Both the position numbers and the translations under genes were made by a program. Below are positions 18,474 through 27,547 of a stretch of DNA of 64,000 nt, in pieces (the first letter of the stretch is position 1; each line of letters begins with the position of its first letter). The stretch is from a candidate division WOR-3 bacterium. GTDB lineage: Bacteria > Hydrothermota > Hydrothermia > JBDRYB01. Under the pieces are notes generated by a model, which did no database searches, was not told the origin of the DNA, and saw only the letters and a program-made list of their open reading frames with translations. The stretch covers positions 32,001 to 96,000 of the forward strand of contig JBDRYB010000001.1 in NCBI GenBank assembly GCA_039803205.1, given 5' to 3'.

Positions 18474-19495
18474 GCGACAAACCAGTTCTCGCGGCCGCTT
18501 TTGAGACAACTCCCAGGTGCAACGCCAACTGTTTGTATTGTTATAATGTCTGGAAGGCTCATCCGGACTATCCAAGGGGGGAACCGGACGCGGAGGGTCT
18601 CCTCCGGGTCCTTGATGCCATCCTTAAGAGCGAGCGGGTGACCATCGTGAGCCTAACCGGCGGAGAGCCACTGCTTCTGGGCGATCTCATCCTTGAGATG
18701 GGCGCTATGGCGAGGCTTTCAGGAAAATCCGTGAACCTCGTCACCAACGGTTCTCTTATCAGCAAAGGCTTTGCCAAGAACCTCAAGAGGCTCAGCATAA
18801 GGCCCGTAGAGATAACCCTCCTATCAGCAAGGGAGGAGTTGCACGATTCCTTGCAAAGAGCGAGGACATTCCGGAGCGCAGTTAGCGCCATAAGGACAGT
18901 GGCTGATGTCGGCGGGGAAGCAATAGTTGGCATAGTCGGAACGAAAGCAAACATTCCCTTTCTCTCCGAGACCCTTGAATTCGCAAAGACCCTCGGAGCC
19001 AAGGGCGCCATGTTCACCAGGTTCAACCCCGGCGGCCAGGGGCTTAGGCACTGGCGGGAGCTCGGGCCTTCCAAGGAGGAACTCAGGTCAGCCATAAAAA
19101 CCCTTATGAAATTTGCCGACGAAAACCCAAACCTGACTATAACCTGCGGCGTTCCTATTCCCCCATGCGTTCTAGGTTTCACTGACTACGGAAGGGTAAA
19201 GATGGGTTATTGCAACGCTGGGGGCGATCTCATAGCCATAGATTGGCTCGGAAACCTCCGTCCGTGCAACCATTCCTCCCTTATAGTGGGGAACATACTC
19301 AAGGTGCCCCTTGATGAGCTTCTGGAATCAAAGCGGTTAAAGGATTTCATGCTCCCTGTGCCTAAGATGTGCGTCGGTTGCCAGTTCTACGATCTATGCA
19401 AGGGGGGTTGCCGGGCCGCGGCATTTGAGATGGCTTGGTGGCTCAGGAAGGAAAGGTCTGCTGGGTCCATCCGGTTTTCCGGACACACCATCTAG
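18470..19495 (+). CDS. Radical SAM/SPASM domain protein
   Basis: CNANCLYCY; SPASM cysteines CNAG...RPC...CVGCQFYDLCKGGC. TTG start overlaps the upstream TGA. Confidence 0.85.
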   Translation: MSDKPVLAAAFETTPRCNANCLYCYNVWKAHPDYPRGEPDAEGLLRVLDAILKSERVTIVSLTGGEPLLLGDLILEMGAMARLSGKSVNLVTNGSLISKGFAKNLKRLSIRPVEITLLSAREELHDSLQRARTFRSAVSAIRTVADVGGEAIVGIVGTKANIPFLSETLEFAKTLGAKGAMFTRFNPGGQGLRHWRELGPSKEELRSAIKTLMKFADENPNLTITCGVPIPPCVLGFTDYGRVKMGYCNAGGDLIAIDWLGNLRPCNHSSLIVGNILKVPLDELLESKRLKDFMLPVPKMCVGCQFYDLCKGGCRAAAFEMAWWLRKERSAGSIRFSGHTI

Positions 19496-19572
19496 GGAAG
19501 CGTAAAGACCTCCGCTAACCACGAGAAAATGATTTCGGGGAGGGACCCATCTGAGTTATAATTTGGGGCTAA

Positions 19573-19654
19573 GCGAGGGTGGCGGAAAGGCAGACGCGCC
19601 AGATTTAGGATCTGGTGGGCTAATCCCGTGCGGGTTCAAGTCCCGCCCCTCGCA
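19573..19654 (+). tRNA. tRNA-Leu(TAG)
   Basis: Acceptor GCGAGGG/CCCTCGC-A, anticodon arm CCAGA-TTTAGGA-TCTGG, long variable arm, GGTTCAAGTCC. Confidence 0.95.
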
Positions 19655-19691
19655 TATCCATTCCAGTTCAGAGAAACATTTTGGAATAAAA

Positions 19692-20648
19692 ATGAAGGTT
19701 GCTGTTGTCGGAGCGGCTGGCCTGGTTGGAAGGACCATGCTTCGCGTCCTTGAGAAGAGGGGCTTTCCGGTCTCGGAGCTGGCGGCTTATGACAAGCTAT
19801 CGGGAGAAAGTCTGCTCTTCCGCGGCAATAAGCACCTGTGCATCAGGTTAACTCCAACATCCGTCAGGGGTTTTGACCTCGCGCTTTTTTCGGCAGGTGC
19901 GGATGTCTCCCTGAAATACGCGCCCCTGTTTGCCAAAAAGGGCGCGCTAGTGGTTGACAATTCCTCCGCCTGGCGCATGCATCCCAAGGTTCCACTTGTC
20001 GTCCCAGAGGTGAACCCAGAGGCGCTCATGGATATTCCAATGGGCATCGTGGCCAATCCAAATTGTTCAACGATCCAGATGGTCGTGGCTCTCAAGCCCC
20101 TGGTTCGCTTCGGCATAAAGGAGGTCTTCGTGGCGACATATCAGGCGGTCTCAGGGGCTGGAAAGGACGGGATTGACGCGCTCATATCGGAAGAGAAGGG
20201 CAAGAGGTCGTCAAATTCCCCTCACCTCGGCCCAATTCACAGGAATGTCTTGCCCGGAATAGGAAACTTTGAGGAGGGTTTCTACGAGGAGGAGACGAAG
20301 CTCATCCGTGAGACAAAGAAAATAATGGGCCTTGATGTTCCCGTTCATCCGACCGCGGTGAGGGTTCCTGTGATAGCTGGCCACTCCGAGGCCGTTGCGG
20401 TAAGGCTAAAGAAGAAGGTAAGCCTTGAGGAAATAAAAGCTTCTATGGGAGAGCAGGAGGGCCTCGTCCTCAGCGATGGTTTTGTCACCCCGAAGGAGGC
20501 CGAGGGCAAGGATGAGGTCTTTGTCTCCAGGCTCAGATTTTCGCCTGATGATCCGAGGGTTCTCCTGATGTGGGTTGTCTCAGATAACCTTCTGAAGGGA
20601 GCCGCTCTCAACGCGGTTCAAATAGCAGAGAGGGCCCTATTGCGGTGA
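19692..20648 (+). CDS. asd: Aspartate-semialdehyde dehydrogenase
   Basis: VVGAAGLVG, VDNSSAWR, ANPNCSTIQ, YQAVSGAG, DNLLKGAALNAVQIAE. Confidence 0.95.
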   Translation: MKVAVVGAAGLVGRTMLRVLEKRGFPVSELAAYDKLSGESLLFRGNKHLCIRLTPTSVRGFDLALFSAGADVSLKYAPLFAKKGALVVDNSSAWRMHPKVPLVVPEVNPEALMDIPMGIVANPNCSTIQMVVALKPLVRFGIKEVFVATYQAVSGAGKDGIDALISEEKGKRSSNSPHLGPIHRNVLPGIGNFEEGFYEEETKLIRETKKIMGLDVPVHPTAVRVPVIAGHSEAVAVRLKKKVSLEEIKASMGEQEGLVLSDGFVTPKEAEGKDEVFVSRLRFSPDDPRVLLMWVVSDNLLKGAALNAVQIAERALLR

Positions 20649-22229
20649 AAGAGGAGCGTCCCCGAACAGCCTCTTCCTCAGCCTGTTATAGTATTGCCTG
20701 TATTCGTCAATGTGGCGGTCATAGGGGAATTCGGGAAGGAGCTCTCCTTTCGCCAGCTCGCGGGCCCGGGCGAGGAGTTCCTCTTTCTCGGCGGGATCCC
20801 GGGTCGCGTCAGCGAGCCTCATCAGGTTCTCAAGCTCGCCAAGGTCTGTCCAGACATCCTCAAGCTGGTAATAATCCCCCTTTTTGATGAGGAGATCAGG
20901 CCTACCTAAGTTCCGTCTGGCGACCACCATAGCTGTGTAGAGCAACTCCCTGGATCTTTCGTTGTATTTTCTTCTCGGCCATATCAGATAAAAAAGGTGA
21001 TCGTAGGGCAATCTGTGTTTTGGTGAAAGGAGCAGATAGACGAATGCTCTGGCTGATTTCTTGTTCCGCCACTCGCTCAAATGAACCTCTCTTCGGTCGA
21101 CAAATATCCTCATCTCACCGATCAAATGTGCCCTTATACCGGATTGTCTCCTCTGATCAACCCCATAGGTAAGAAGGGGATAAATTGCCTCAAGAAACGG
21201 GCCTAAAATGGGATCACGACTCATAGCCCGGTAAGAAGGGGCAAGGGGAACCAAGAATCTCATGGCCTCATGGAAGACCGTACCGCCGTGCTTCCATGCC
21301 AAAAACGCGGAGGAGAGACCTGTCACGAAAGCCTCTACTGGTTGATAAGCGTTAAGATAATCTCTGGCGGCCTTCAAAAGCTCATGAGGAAGGTCCGCTT
21401 TGTCCTCAGATAATAGGGCCTCTATCTCTCTTAGGGCCGCGAGCTCACCCAGTCCACCTTTTTTAGCAAAGTCCATGCACCTATCCACCATTTCCCTTGG
21501 AGGAGGCTCCAGACCAGCAAATCTAGCGATTTCAAGGGCTTTCGCACAAGGAAACGCTGAGTATGCTGAGCCTATTTCCAGATATCCCAGGGCTGACTTC
21601 GTGTATAACTTCACCGCTCCTCCTAGATCCCCTAGCATCCTGAGAGCAAAACCCTTGACCTCCAGCAAGGCAGAGAGATGGCGCTTATCCTTTTCCGTTT
21701 TGATCAAGGATCTGAGCATATCAAGAGCCCTTTCCGGCTTGCCAGTTATTATGCTCAGAAGGGCCAGCAGATACCTGGCTCTGGGACTCTTTGACGAGGT
21801 TAGCGTGGGAAGAACTCCTTTTATATCCATGTAAAGGGTGTCGTATTCGGCTCTGAAAAACTTCAGGGAAAGGAGGTTCACTTTGGCAAATGACCACAAC
21901 TCCCTATCCTCAGCGTGCTCAGCTATGTCCAGGGCCTTTAAATAACAGTTCTCAGCAACCTCCATCTCCCCTGTTTGTCTGTAAACTAGCCCAAGCATGC
22001 CATATATCCTTCCGGTCATCTCCGGTTCGCCGCGAACACGAGCGAGAAGCCTTCTCCCCTTTTTGATGGCTTCTGGAGCACGGGAACCCAGAACTGCGGC
22101 GCAGAAGTCCAAGAACGCAAAACCCAAAGGGTCCTCAGATTTCAGCTTTTCGACATAATTAGCAAAGGCTCCGGGGGAGCCTGTCTTCAGGATCTCTAGC
22201 CCTCTTTCAACCCTTTCTAAGAGCTTCAC
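20637..22229 (-). CDS. Transcriptional regulator 1: N-terminal TPR region, C-terminal OmpR-like wHTH plus short BTAD-like tail (SARP-like)
   Basis: IRAHLIGEMRIFVD...WRNKKSARAFVYLLL...LIWP...ARRNLG...VWTDLGELE...AKGELLPEFPYD. The GTG 22229 start aligns with the paralog and lies 6 nt after TATCAT. Confidence 0.75.
   Translation of the reverse strand: MKLLERVERGLEILKTGSPGAFANYVEKLKSEDPLGFAFLDFCAAVLGSRAPEAIKKGRRLLARVRGEPEMTGRIYGMLGLVYRQTGEMEVAENCYLKALDIAEHAEDRELWSFAKVNLLSLKFFRAEYDTLYMDIKGVLPTLTSSKSPRARYLLALLSIITGKPERALDMLRSLIKTEKDKRHLSALLEVKGFALRMLGDLGGAVKLYTKSALGYLEIGSAYSAFPCAKALEIARFAGLEPPPREMVDRCMDFAKKGGLGELAALREIEALLSEDKADLPHELLKAARDYLNAYQPVEAFVTGLSSAFLAWKHGGTVFHEAMRFLVPLAPSYRAMSRDPILGPFLEAIYPLLTYGVDQRRQSGIRAHLIGEMRIFVDRREVHLSEWRNKKSARAFVYLLLSPKHRLPYDHLFYLIWPRRKYNERSRELLYTAMVVARRNLGRPDLLIKKGDYYQLEDVWTDLGELENLMRLADATRDPAEKEELLARARELAKGELLPEFPYDRHIDEYRQYYNRLRKRLFGDAPLSPQ
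20662..20870. repeat. Copy 1 of a 209-nt near-identical direct repeat (3' end of regulator gene)
   Basis: Matches 25857-26065 with 6 mismatches by manual alignment. Confidence 0.9.
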
Positions 22230-22292
22230 CCCGATATGATAAAATTCAGAATGGAGCAAATTCAAGTCGCGCAAGATGATAATATCATTTTG

Positions 22293-22324
22293 TTTCGGAA
22301 CTTTTTCGGAGGATCGCTTATAAT
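22293..22324 (+). promoter_or_regulatory. Putative operator (TTTCGGA x2, 11-bp period) and -10 box of the cargo promoter
   Basis: TTTCGGA at 22293 and 22304; TATAAT at 22319-22324. Confidence 0.6.
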
Positions 22325-22352
22325 ATGGGCATGTTAAAAAGGAGTGAGCATC

Positions 22353-23879
22353 ATGACAGAAGCATACACGCTAATAGGCCTTTTGGTGTCCCAGGTCTCT
22401 TTTGCTAGATCCTATGGAGGGCCTGATACTGAGAGCGTTCGTGGAATAGTCCAAACAACCGATGGAGGCTTCATTGTTGCGGGAGAGACAAAGAGCTTTG
22501 GGGCAGGGAGCTATGATTTTATGGCCATGAGGCTTCTGAGCACGGGGGATCCCTTCTGGGTAAAGACTCTCGGAGGGACCGGTGACGACAGGGCCTTCTC
22601 AGTAGCTCTGGCTATTGACGGTGGATGCGTCATCGTAGGAGAAACAAAGAGCTATGGCGTAGGGGACTATGATGTTTTGGTTATGAAGCTTGGCCCTGCT
22701 GGGGGATTCCGGTGGGCAAAAACCTATGGAGGGTTATTGCGAGAAAGAGGCACCTGCATCAAGCCAACCAGCGATACGGGATACATCCTCGCGGGATGGA
22801 CGGTTAGCTCAGGCCAGGGGTCCGCGGATCTCCTCGTGATGAAAATGGATTCAGCGGGCAATCGCGTCTGGACCAGGACATTTGGAGGTGACACCTCTGA
22901 TTACGCGCATCAAGTGATACAGACCCAGGATGGAGGCTTCTTGGTTGCGGGAACGAGTAGGAGCTTTGGGGCAGGCGACTTTGATTTTCTCGTGCTCAAG
23001 CTCAACAGCTCTGGCACGCTGAGCTGGGCCAGAGCAATTGGTGGCCCGGGCATAGAAGACGCCAGGATCCTGAGCCAGACTACGGATAATGGCTACATAG
23101 TCGGTGGGTGGACGAACAGCTTTGGCAGTGGAGACTACGATGTTCTCCTTGTGAAGTTGAATTCATCCGGAGGTTTTCAGTGGGCAAAAACCTATGGGGG
23201 TGCCAGCCTTGATTGGGGGACATCCGGCATCCTCCTCCCGGACGGGGGTTTCCTCGTTGTAGGAGTCACTTTGACTTACGATCCCGAAGGCGATCTATTT
23301 CTTCTCAGGCTGGACCCGGCAGGGAATCCTGATTGGCTTAAGGTTCTCAAGGAGGAGGGAGATGGGGTAAGTGGCGCGACTACTGTGATACAAACTGGAG
23401 ATGGTGGTTTCGCGGTTGGAGGTTGGAAGGGTGACTCGTGGGATTTTCTGGTCATAAAGACCGACCAAGACGGAAACTATGACGAAGACTCCAATTGCAT
23501 GAAGCCCGACATCCTTACAAGCCTGACCATTATGCCCAATCTTGAAACTCTGACGCTCGGGGCAAGCTGGGTTCCTCTAGTATCCAACCCAAACCCATCC
23601 CAGAATACGCCCTCCTTGACGATGACAAACGTGACCTGTGAACCTGTTTATGAGGAAGTTGGGGAATCTCTGGTTGAGCCGAATGACATAGTCTGCTATC
23701 CGATTCCAAGGGCCATTGCGTTTATTTCTTCCTGTGCCGCGGAGATAAGTATCTACTCATCTGACGGGTGCGTGGCCTATTCGGGCACTCTAGAGAAGGG
23801 CAAAAATATGATACCCATTGACCGAGGCATTTACTTTTGGCAGGCAGGAGCTTATAAAGGAAAAGCCGTTGTGAGGTAA
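22353..23879 (+). CDS. Secreted beta-propeller-like repeat protein with C-terminal sorting-like domain
   Basis: About 7 repeats of QT.DGG.IVAG.T.SFGAG.YD.LV.KL...G...WAKTYGG; C-terminus IYSSDG..AYSG...GIYFW...GKAVVR; AAGGAG SD. Confidence 0.75.
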   Translation: MTEAYTLIGLLVSQVSFARSYGGPDTESVRGIVQTTDGGFIVAGETKSFGAGSYDFMAMRLLSTGDPFWVKTLGGTGDDRAFSVALAIDGGCVIVGETKSYGVGDYDVLVMKLGPAGGFRWAKTYGGLLRERGTCIKPTSDTGYILAGWTVSSGQGSADLLVMKMDSAGNRVWTRTFGGDTSDYAHQVIQTQDGGFLVAGTSRSFGAGDFDFLVLKLNSSGTLSWARAIGGPGIEDARILSQTTDNGYIVGGWTNSFGSGDYDVLLVKLNSSGGFQWAKTYGGASLDWGTSGILLPDGGFLVVGVTLTYDPEGDLFLLRLDPAGNPDWLKVLKEEGDGVSGATTVIQTGDGGFAVGGWKGDSWDFLVIKTDQDGNYDEDSNCMKPDILTSLTIMPNLETLTLGASWVPLVSNPNPSQNTPSLTMTNVTCEPVYEEVGESLVEPNDIVCYPIPRAIAFISSCAAEISIYSSDGCVAYSGTLEKGKNMIPIDRGIYFWQAGAYKGKAVVR

Positions 23880-23897
23880 CCCACTTGTAGTCACTAG

Positions 23898-23945
23898 CCC
23901 CGGCCGGTAAAATCATTGCACCTCCCGTCCCGGCCGGGGGTTTTT
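23898..23945 (+). terminator. GC hairpin with 22-nt GCACCTCCC-containing loop and U-tract (copy 1)
   Basis: CCCCGGCCGG-taaaatcattgcacctcccgtc-CCGGCCGGGG-gttttt. Confidence 0.75.
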
Positions 23946-23965
23946 ATTTCCCAGATGAGAAGCCC

Positions 23966-25795
23966 TTATTGCCTATCCCAACCCAAACCCCACATTCCCC
24001 TGGTCCAAGCCCTGCCGTTCCTGCAGGGGGTTCCTGCTGGATAGTTGTCCTTGCCTGATAGGTCAAGGAATATGCCAACGCCTCCAGCGTCCCGGGCCCT
24101 GTTCGCATCGCCGAGGCCTATGTCCTCCCTGGCGGAATATGTGTCATCCCCATCAGAATCCACGAAGATCCCAACGGAATTCGTCAAACCTATACCGAGG
24201 CCGCCGGAGACCTGGTAGTTGTCGTTGCCGCGCTTGTCAATTAGCCAGCCAACAGCGAGGTCGTGGCCCTCGCCCTGGGATGGGCCGTATCTTGAATAAT
24301 AGTGATCCGAGCCGGAGTAATCCCCGAGAAGTCCGACCGAGAGGTGGATTCCGGAGCCCTGCGCGTATTGCACAGCGGAATAGAAGTCGTCGCCAGACAG
24401 ATCGAGGAGAATGCCTGCCGAATACCAGTATGAACAGCCCTGCGCGTATACCTCGCCCTGATACAGGTCGTTGCCCTCGCGGTCCAAAAGAACTGAGATC
24501 CCCCCAGAAGCGCGTGGTCTAATTCCGATTGAATAGCCTTGCGCGAACGCCCTGTAGTTGTGTTCAAGGAGGGGTTTGTGCAGGTATTCTCCTCCAGCGT
24601 AATAGACATCATCTCCCCCCACCTCGTCCAAGATAGCGCAGCCCTTGACCGATGAGAAGGCCTGAGCGCAAGAGAATGCCCTCATAACATCATCCCCTCC
24701 GCCCTCGTGCATGTAGGAGACCCCGAACATGGCCGCGGATTGTGCGAAAAAGCCGGAGTAATAGAGATCGTCTCCGGCCTTATCCGAGAGAAAACCCGCG
24801 CCGAAAAGCCCCATACCCATTGTGTAATGAGGGGCCCGATACAGGTCATCCCCTGAGAGGTCAACCAGGGCACCGTAGCCCATGAGGCCAGCGCCAAGGG
24901 AGACGAAATCTTCAGCCAGATAAGCGTCATTGCCGCAAAGATCAATCACGGCCGAGAGGGGCCTCCCCAGAAACCCAACCGATCCCCCAGGCCTCCCGTA
25001 GTAGGCGTCTGAGCCACCCTTGTCCAGTATAAGGTGATATAGGGCTGTGGTCTCGGCCGGATGAACATCATCCCCTTCTCCTTTGACCAAAACCCTCCAC
25101 TGGCCAGCGGAATAGCTGCCCTCAGGAATTCCCTGTGAGAACATCGTGATCTCCTCTACCCCCATTGAGAACGCTAGGGCTCCGAGGGCTAGCTCACGCC
25201 AATCAACCAGAGCCGCCAACTCCAGTATCCTTGAAGAGTCATCGCACCAGGCTGTGTCCACCGGAAACCCAAATTCCCTGAGCAGACAGCCCCGCAGAGT
25301 GTCCAGAAGGGTATCACCCTCGTCCGCCCAAAGGGAAAGGGAGTAGTAGAGGAGGGTATCAATCTGGGGCCTGCTCAGCCGCGAAAAGGCTTTTTGCCTG
25401 TGAGCATCAGCCTCGTCCCAGGAGGCTCTGAGGTATGCGAGGCCAGCTTCCCATCCCTTTTTGCCCGCCATGGCCTTTTCAAATCTCTTTCGCATCTCGT
25501 TCGTATCCTTGGGAGAGAGCCCGACATCGAGAAGGGAAAAGCCGAGGAACATGGTGGATGTCGGATTACCGGTTGATCTTGCTATTTCGGCCCTGCAGGA
25601 GTCAGCAAAATGAGGCACATCCATGGGCTTCGCCATCAATCTGTCAACCGTCTTGAGCCTGAATGAGTCGCGGTCGGCCCAGTCCTTGTTGTATGAGAGG
25701 TCCTCTGGGGCCAGATTAATGTAAGCTAGGGCCTGGATGATGGCACTTGTTTCGGCTGTATCAAGGAGAAACTGCGAGAGAAGCAAAAGCGTCAT
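23966..25795 (-). CDS. Secreted hypothetical protein with many D..G.D.Y glycine-rich repeats
   Basis: About 10 repeats like LLDLSGDDFY / IDLCGNDAY / LDREGNDLY. Confidence 0.7.
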   Translation of the reverse strand: MTLLLLSQFLLDTAETSAIIQALAYINLAPEDLSYNKDWADRDSFRLKTVDRLMAKPMDVPHFADSCRAEIARSTGNPTSTMFLGFSLLDVGLSPKDTNEMRKRFEKAMAGKKGWEAGLAYLRASWDEADAHRQKAFSRLSRPQIDTLLYYSLSLWADEGDTLLDTLRGCLLREFGFPVDTAWCDDSSRILELAALVDWRELALGALAFSMGVEEITMFSQGIPEGSYSAGQWRVLVKGEGDDVHPAETTALYHLILDKGGSDAYYGRPGGSVGFLGRPLSAVIDLCGNDAYLAEDFVSLGAGLMGYGALVDLSGDDLYRAPHYTMGMGLFGAGFLSDKAGDDLYYSGFFAQSAAMFGVSYMHEGGGDDVMRAFSCAQAFSSVKGCAILDEVGGDDVYYAGGEYLHKPLLEHNYRAFAQGYSIGIRPRASGGISVLLDREGNDLYQGEVYAQGCSYWYSAGILLDLSGDDFYSAVQYAQGSGIHLSVGLLGDYSGSDHYYSRYGPSQGEGHDLAVGWLIDKRGNDNYQVSGGLGIGLTNSVGIFVDSDGDDTYSAREDIGLGDANRARDAGGVGIFLDLSGKDNYPAGTPCRNGRAWTRGMWGLGWDRQ

Positions 25796-25840
25796 GTTCA
25801 AAGGTTAAACCAGAAGGAGGCTGGAAGGCAAGGACGGCTT

Positions 25841-27421
25841 TCAGGTCTGATTATCTCCGAACAGCCTCTTCCTCAGCCTGTTATAGTATTGCCTGTATTC
25901 GTCAATGTGGCTGTCATAGGGGAATTCGGGAAGGAGCTCGCCTTTCGCCAGCTCGCGGGCCCGGGCGAGGAGTTCCTCTTTCTCGGCGGGATCGCGGGTC
26001 GCGTCAGCGAGCCTCATGAGGTTCTCAATCTCTCCAAGGTCTGTCCAGACATCCTCAAGCTGGTAGAAGTCGCCTCGTTTGGTGAGCAATTGTGGTTTGC
26101 CCAGATTCCTGCGGATAGTGTAAATAGCAGTATAAAGCCACTTCCTCGTCCTGGCGTCGTATCTCCTCCTGGGCCACAGCAGATACGCAAGGTGATCCTG
26201 GGATATTCTGTGTTTAGGCGAGAGCAAGAGGTAGAGCAGAGCCATCAACGCCCTTGAGTTTCGCCACGCCCTAAGGGAAACCTCTTCCCCATCCACCTGG
26301 AGCATGAACTCACCAAGCAGGCTCGCCCTCACGCCCTGCACTGTCCTTTCGCCCTTCCCATATCTAAGCAGGGGTTCCACGCTGATCATGAATTCTCCTA
26401 GCAAAGGGTCGCGCCTGAACCCTGGGTGAAGAGGCAAGAGGGGCGCGAGTAACTTGAGGATCTTCGGGAAAACCGGGTGGTCGTCTTGCCATGCAAAAAG
26501 GGCTGCTGTGAGGCCTGTAAGGATGACCTCTATGTTCTGGTTGACCCTATAGTATCCGAGTGCGGCGTCAAAAAGGAGCTCGGTGGATCTTTTGGGGTCC
26601 TCACACAGGAGTGCTTCGATCTCCTGGGCCCCTGCCTTCTCTCCTGACGAACCCCTCCTGGCAAGTGCCAGACATCTCCTTACAAGCTTCTTGGGAGGAG
26701 GCTCCAGCCCAGCGAGTCGCGTGAGCTCAAGAGCCTTGGCACAAGGGAAGGTCGCGTAGGCAGAACCGAATTCAATGGCGATGTTCATGGACTCCACATA
26801 TAGATCCCTCGCCTCCTGTAGTTTCCCCATCATCCTGCTGGCCAATCCCTTCATCTCTGTAGCACCCAAAAGGACTATACTGCCGCCCTCGCTGATGATG
26901 GAATCCAAGAGTTTCAATGCCTTCTCTGGGTTTCCACGGATTATCTCAAGTGCGGCCACTAGGTACTTGGCACCCCCGGTGATCTCTGGACTCCTCACCC
27001 GCGCGAGGAATCCCCTTGCTTCGTTGTAAAGCGGTTCGTATTCAGCTCTAAAGAATCTGTTGGTCAGAAGTCTCAATCTTGCAATGGAGGCCAGGGTCAG
27101 GTCTCCCGCCTGTCCGGCCATATCCTCTGCTCTAACAAAGTATCCATCGGCTGCATCCAGTTCTCCTATTAGTTCGTAAGCGGTGCCAAGGCAGTTGAAA
27201 AGAAAACTCGCAAGCCTGGGCTTGCCCGAAACTCTTGAAATGAGCCTGGTTCCTTTCCTTATGGCGCTAGAATTGTGATTGTAGACCGCCAGGCGAACCT
27301 CCAGTAGTTCCGCGGCCAGAAGGTCTTCAAGCTTAAGGCAACGAATGTATCTCATTAAGTCATCCAACTGGCCTGACTTCATCATTGTTAGGCCGCGTTC
27401 AATCCTATCCAAAGTATCCAC
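25841..27421 (-). CDS. Transcriptional regulator 2, paralog of 20637-22229
   Basis: Same architecture (FFRAEY, FPCAKALE..R.AGLEPPP, YLLLSPKHR) and a near-identical C-terminal 70 aa; GTG start 6 nt after TATACT. Confidence 0.75.
   Translation of the reverse strand: MDTLDRIERGLTMMKSGQLDDLMRYIRCLKLEDLLAAELLEVRLAVYNHNSSAIRKGTRLISRVSGKPRLASFLFNCLGTAYELIGELDAADGYFVRAEDMAGQAGDLTLASIARLRLLTNRFFRAEYEPLYNEARGFLARVRSPEITGGAKYLVAALEIIRGNPEKALKLLDSIISEGGSIVLLGATEMKGLASRMMGKLQEARDLYVESMNIAIEFGSAYATFPCAKALELTRLAGLEPPPKKLVRRCLALARRGSSGEKAGAQEIEALLCEDPKRSTELLFDAALGYYRVNQNIEVILTGLTAALFAWQDDHPVFPKILKLLAPLLPLHPGFRRDPLLGEFMISVEPLLRYGKGERTVQGVRASLLGEFMLQVDGEEVSLRAWRNSRALMALLYLLLSPKHRISQDHLAYLLWPRRRYDARTRKWLYTAIYTIRRNLGKPQLLTKRGDFYQLEDVWTDLGEIENLMRLADATRDPAEKEELLARARELAKGELLPEFPYDSHIDEYRQYYNRLRKRLFGDNQT
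25857..26065. repeat. Copy 2 of the 209-nt near-identical repeat
   Basis: See 20662-20870. Confidence 0.9.
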
Positions 27422-27476
27422 GTCTAGAGTATAAACCAATTGGGGAATCCACTGCTATATGCGCATTTGTCCTAAC

Positions 27477-27511
27477 TTGCTAGAGTTTTGCTAGAAAACC
27501 CTACTTATAAT
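27477..27511 (+). promoter_or_regulatory. Putative operator (TTGCTAGA x2, 11-bp period) and -10 box of the cargo promoter
   Basis: TTGCTAGA at 27477 and 27488; TATAAT at 27506-27511. Confidence 0.6.
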
Positions 27512-27547
27512 TTAGGGCCTTATGAAAAAGAGACACGGAGGTGTCAG

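Noticed and set aside
19563..19691. N-terminal extension of the asd ORF and the 60-aa antisense ORF at 19556-19738
   Set aside because: Both run through tRNA-Leu; Asd homology starts at ATG 19692.
22331..22408. Short out-of-frame ORF starting 6 nt after TATAAT, overlapping the cargo gene start
   Set aside because: It could be a leaderless uORF, but the ATG may simply coincide with the TSS, and the cargo gene has its own SD; evidence is insufficient.
20662..26065. Near-identical repeat pair as a diversity-generating retroelement TR/VR
   Set aside because: Mismatches are not adenine-specific (they include G/C swaps), both copies are coding, and no reverse transcriptase is in the window.
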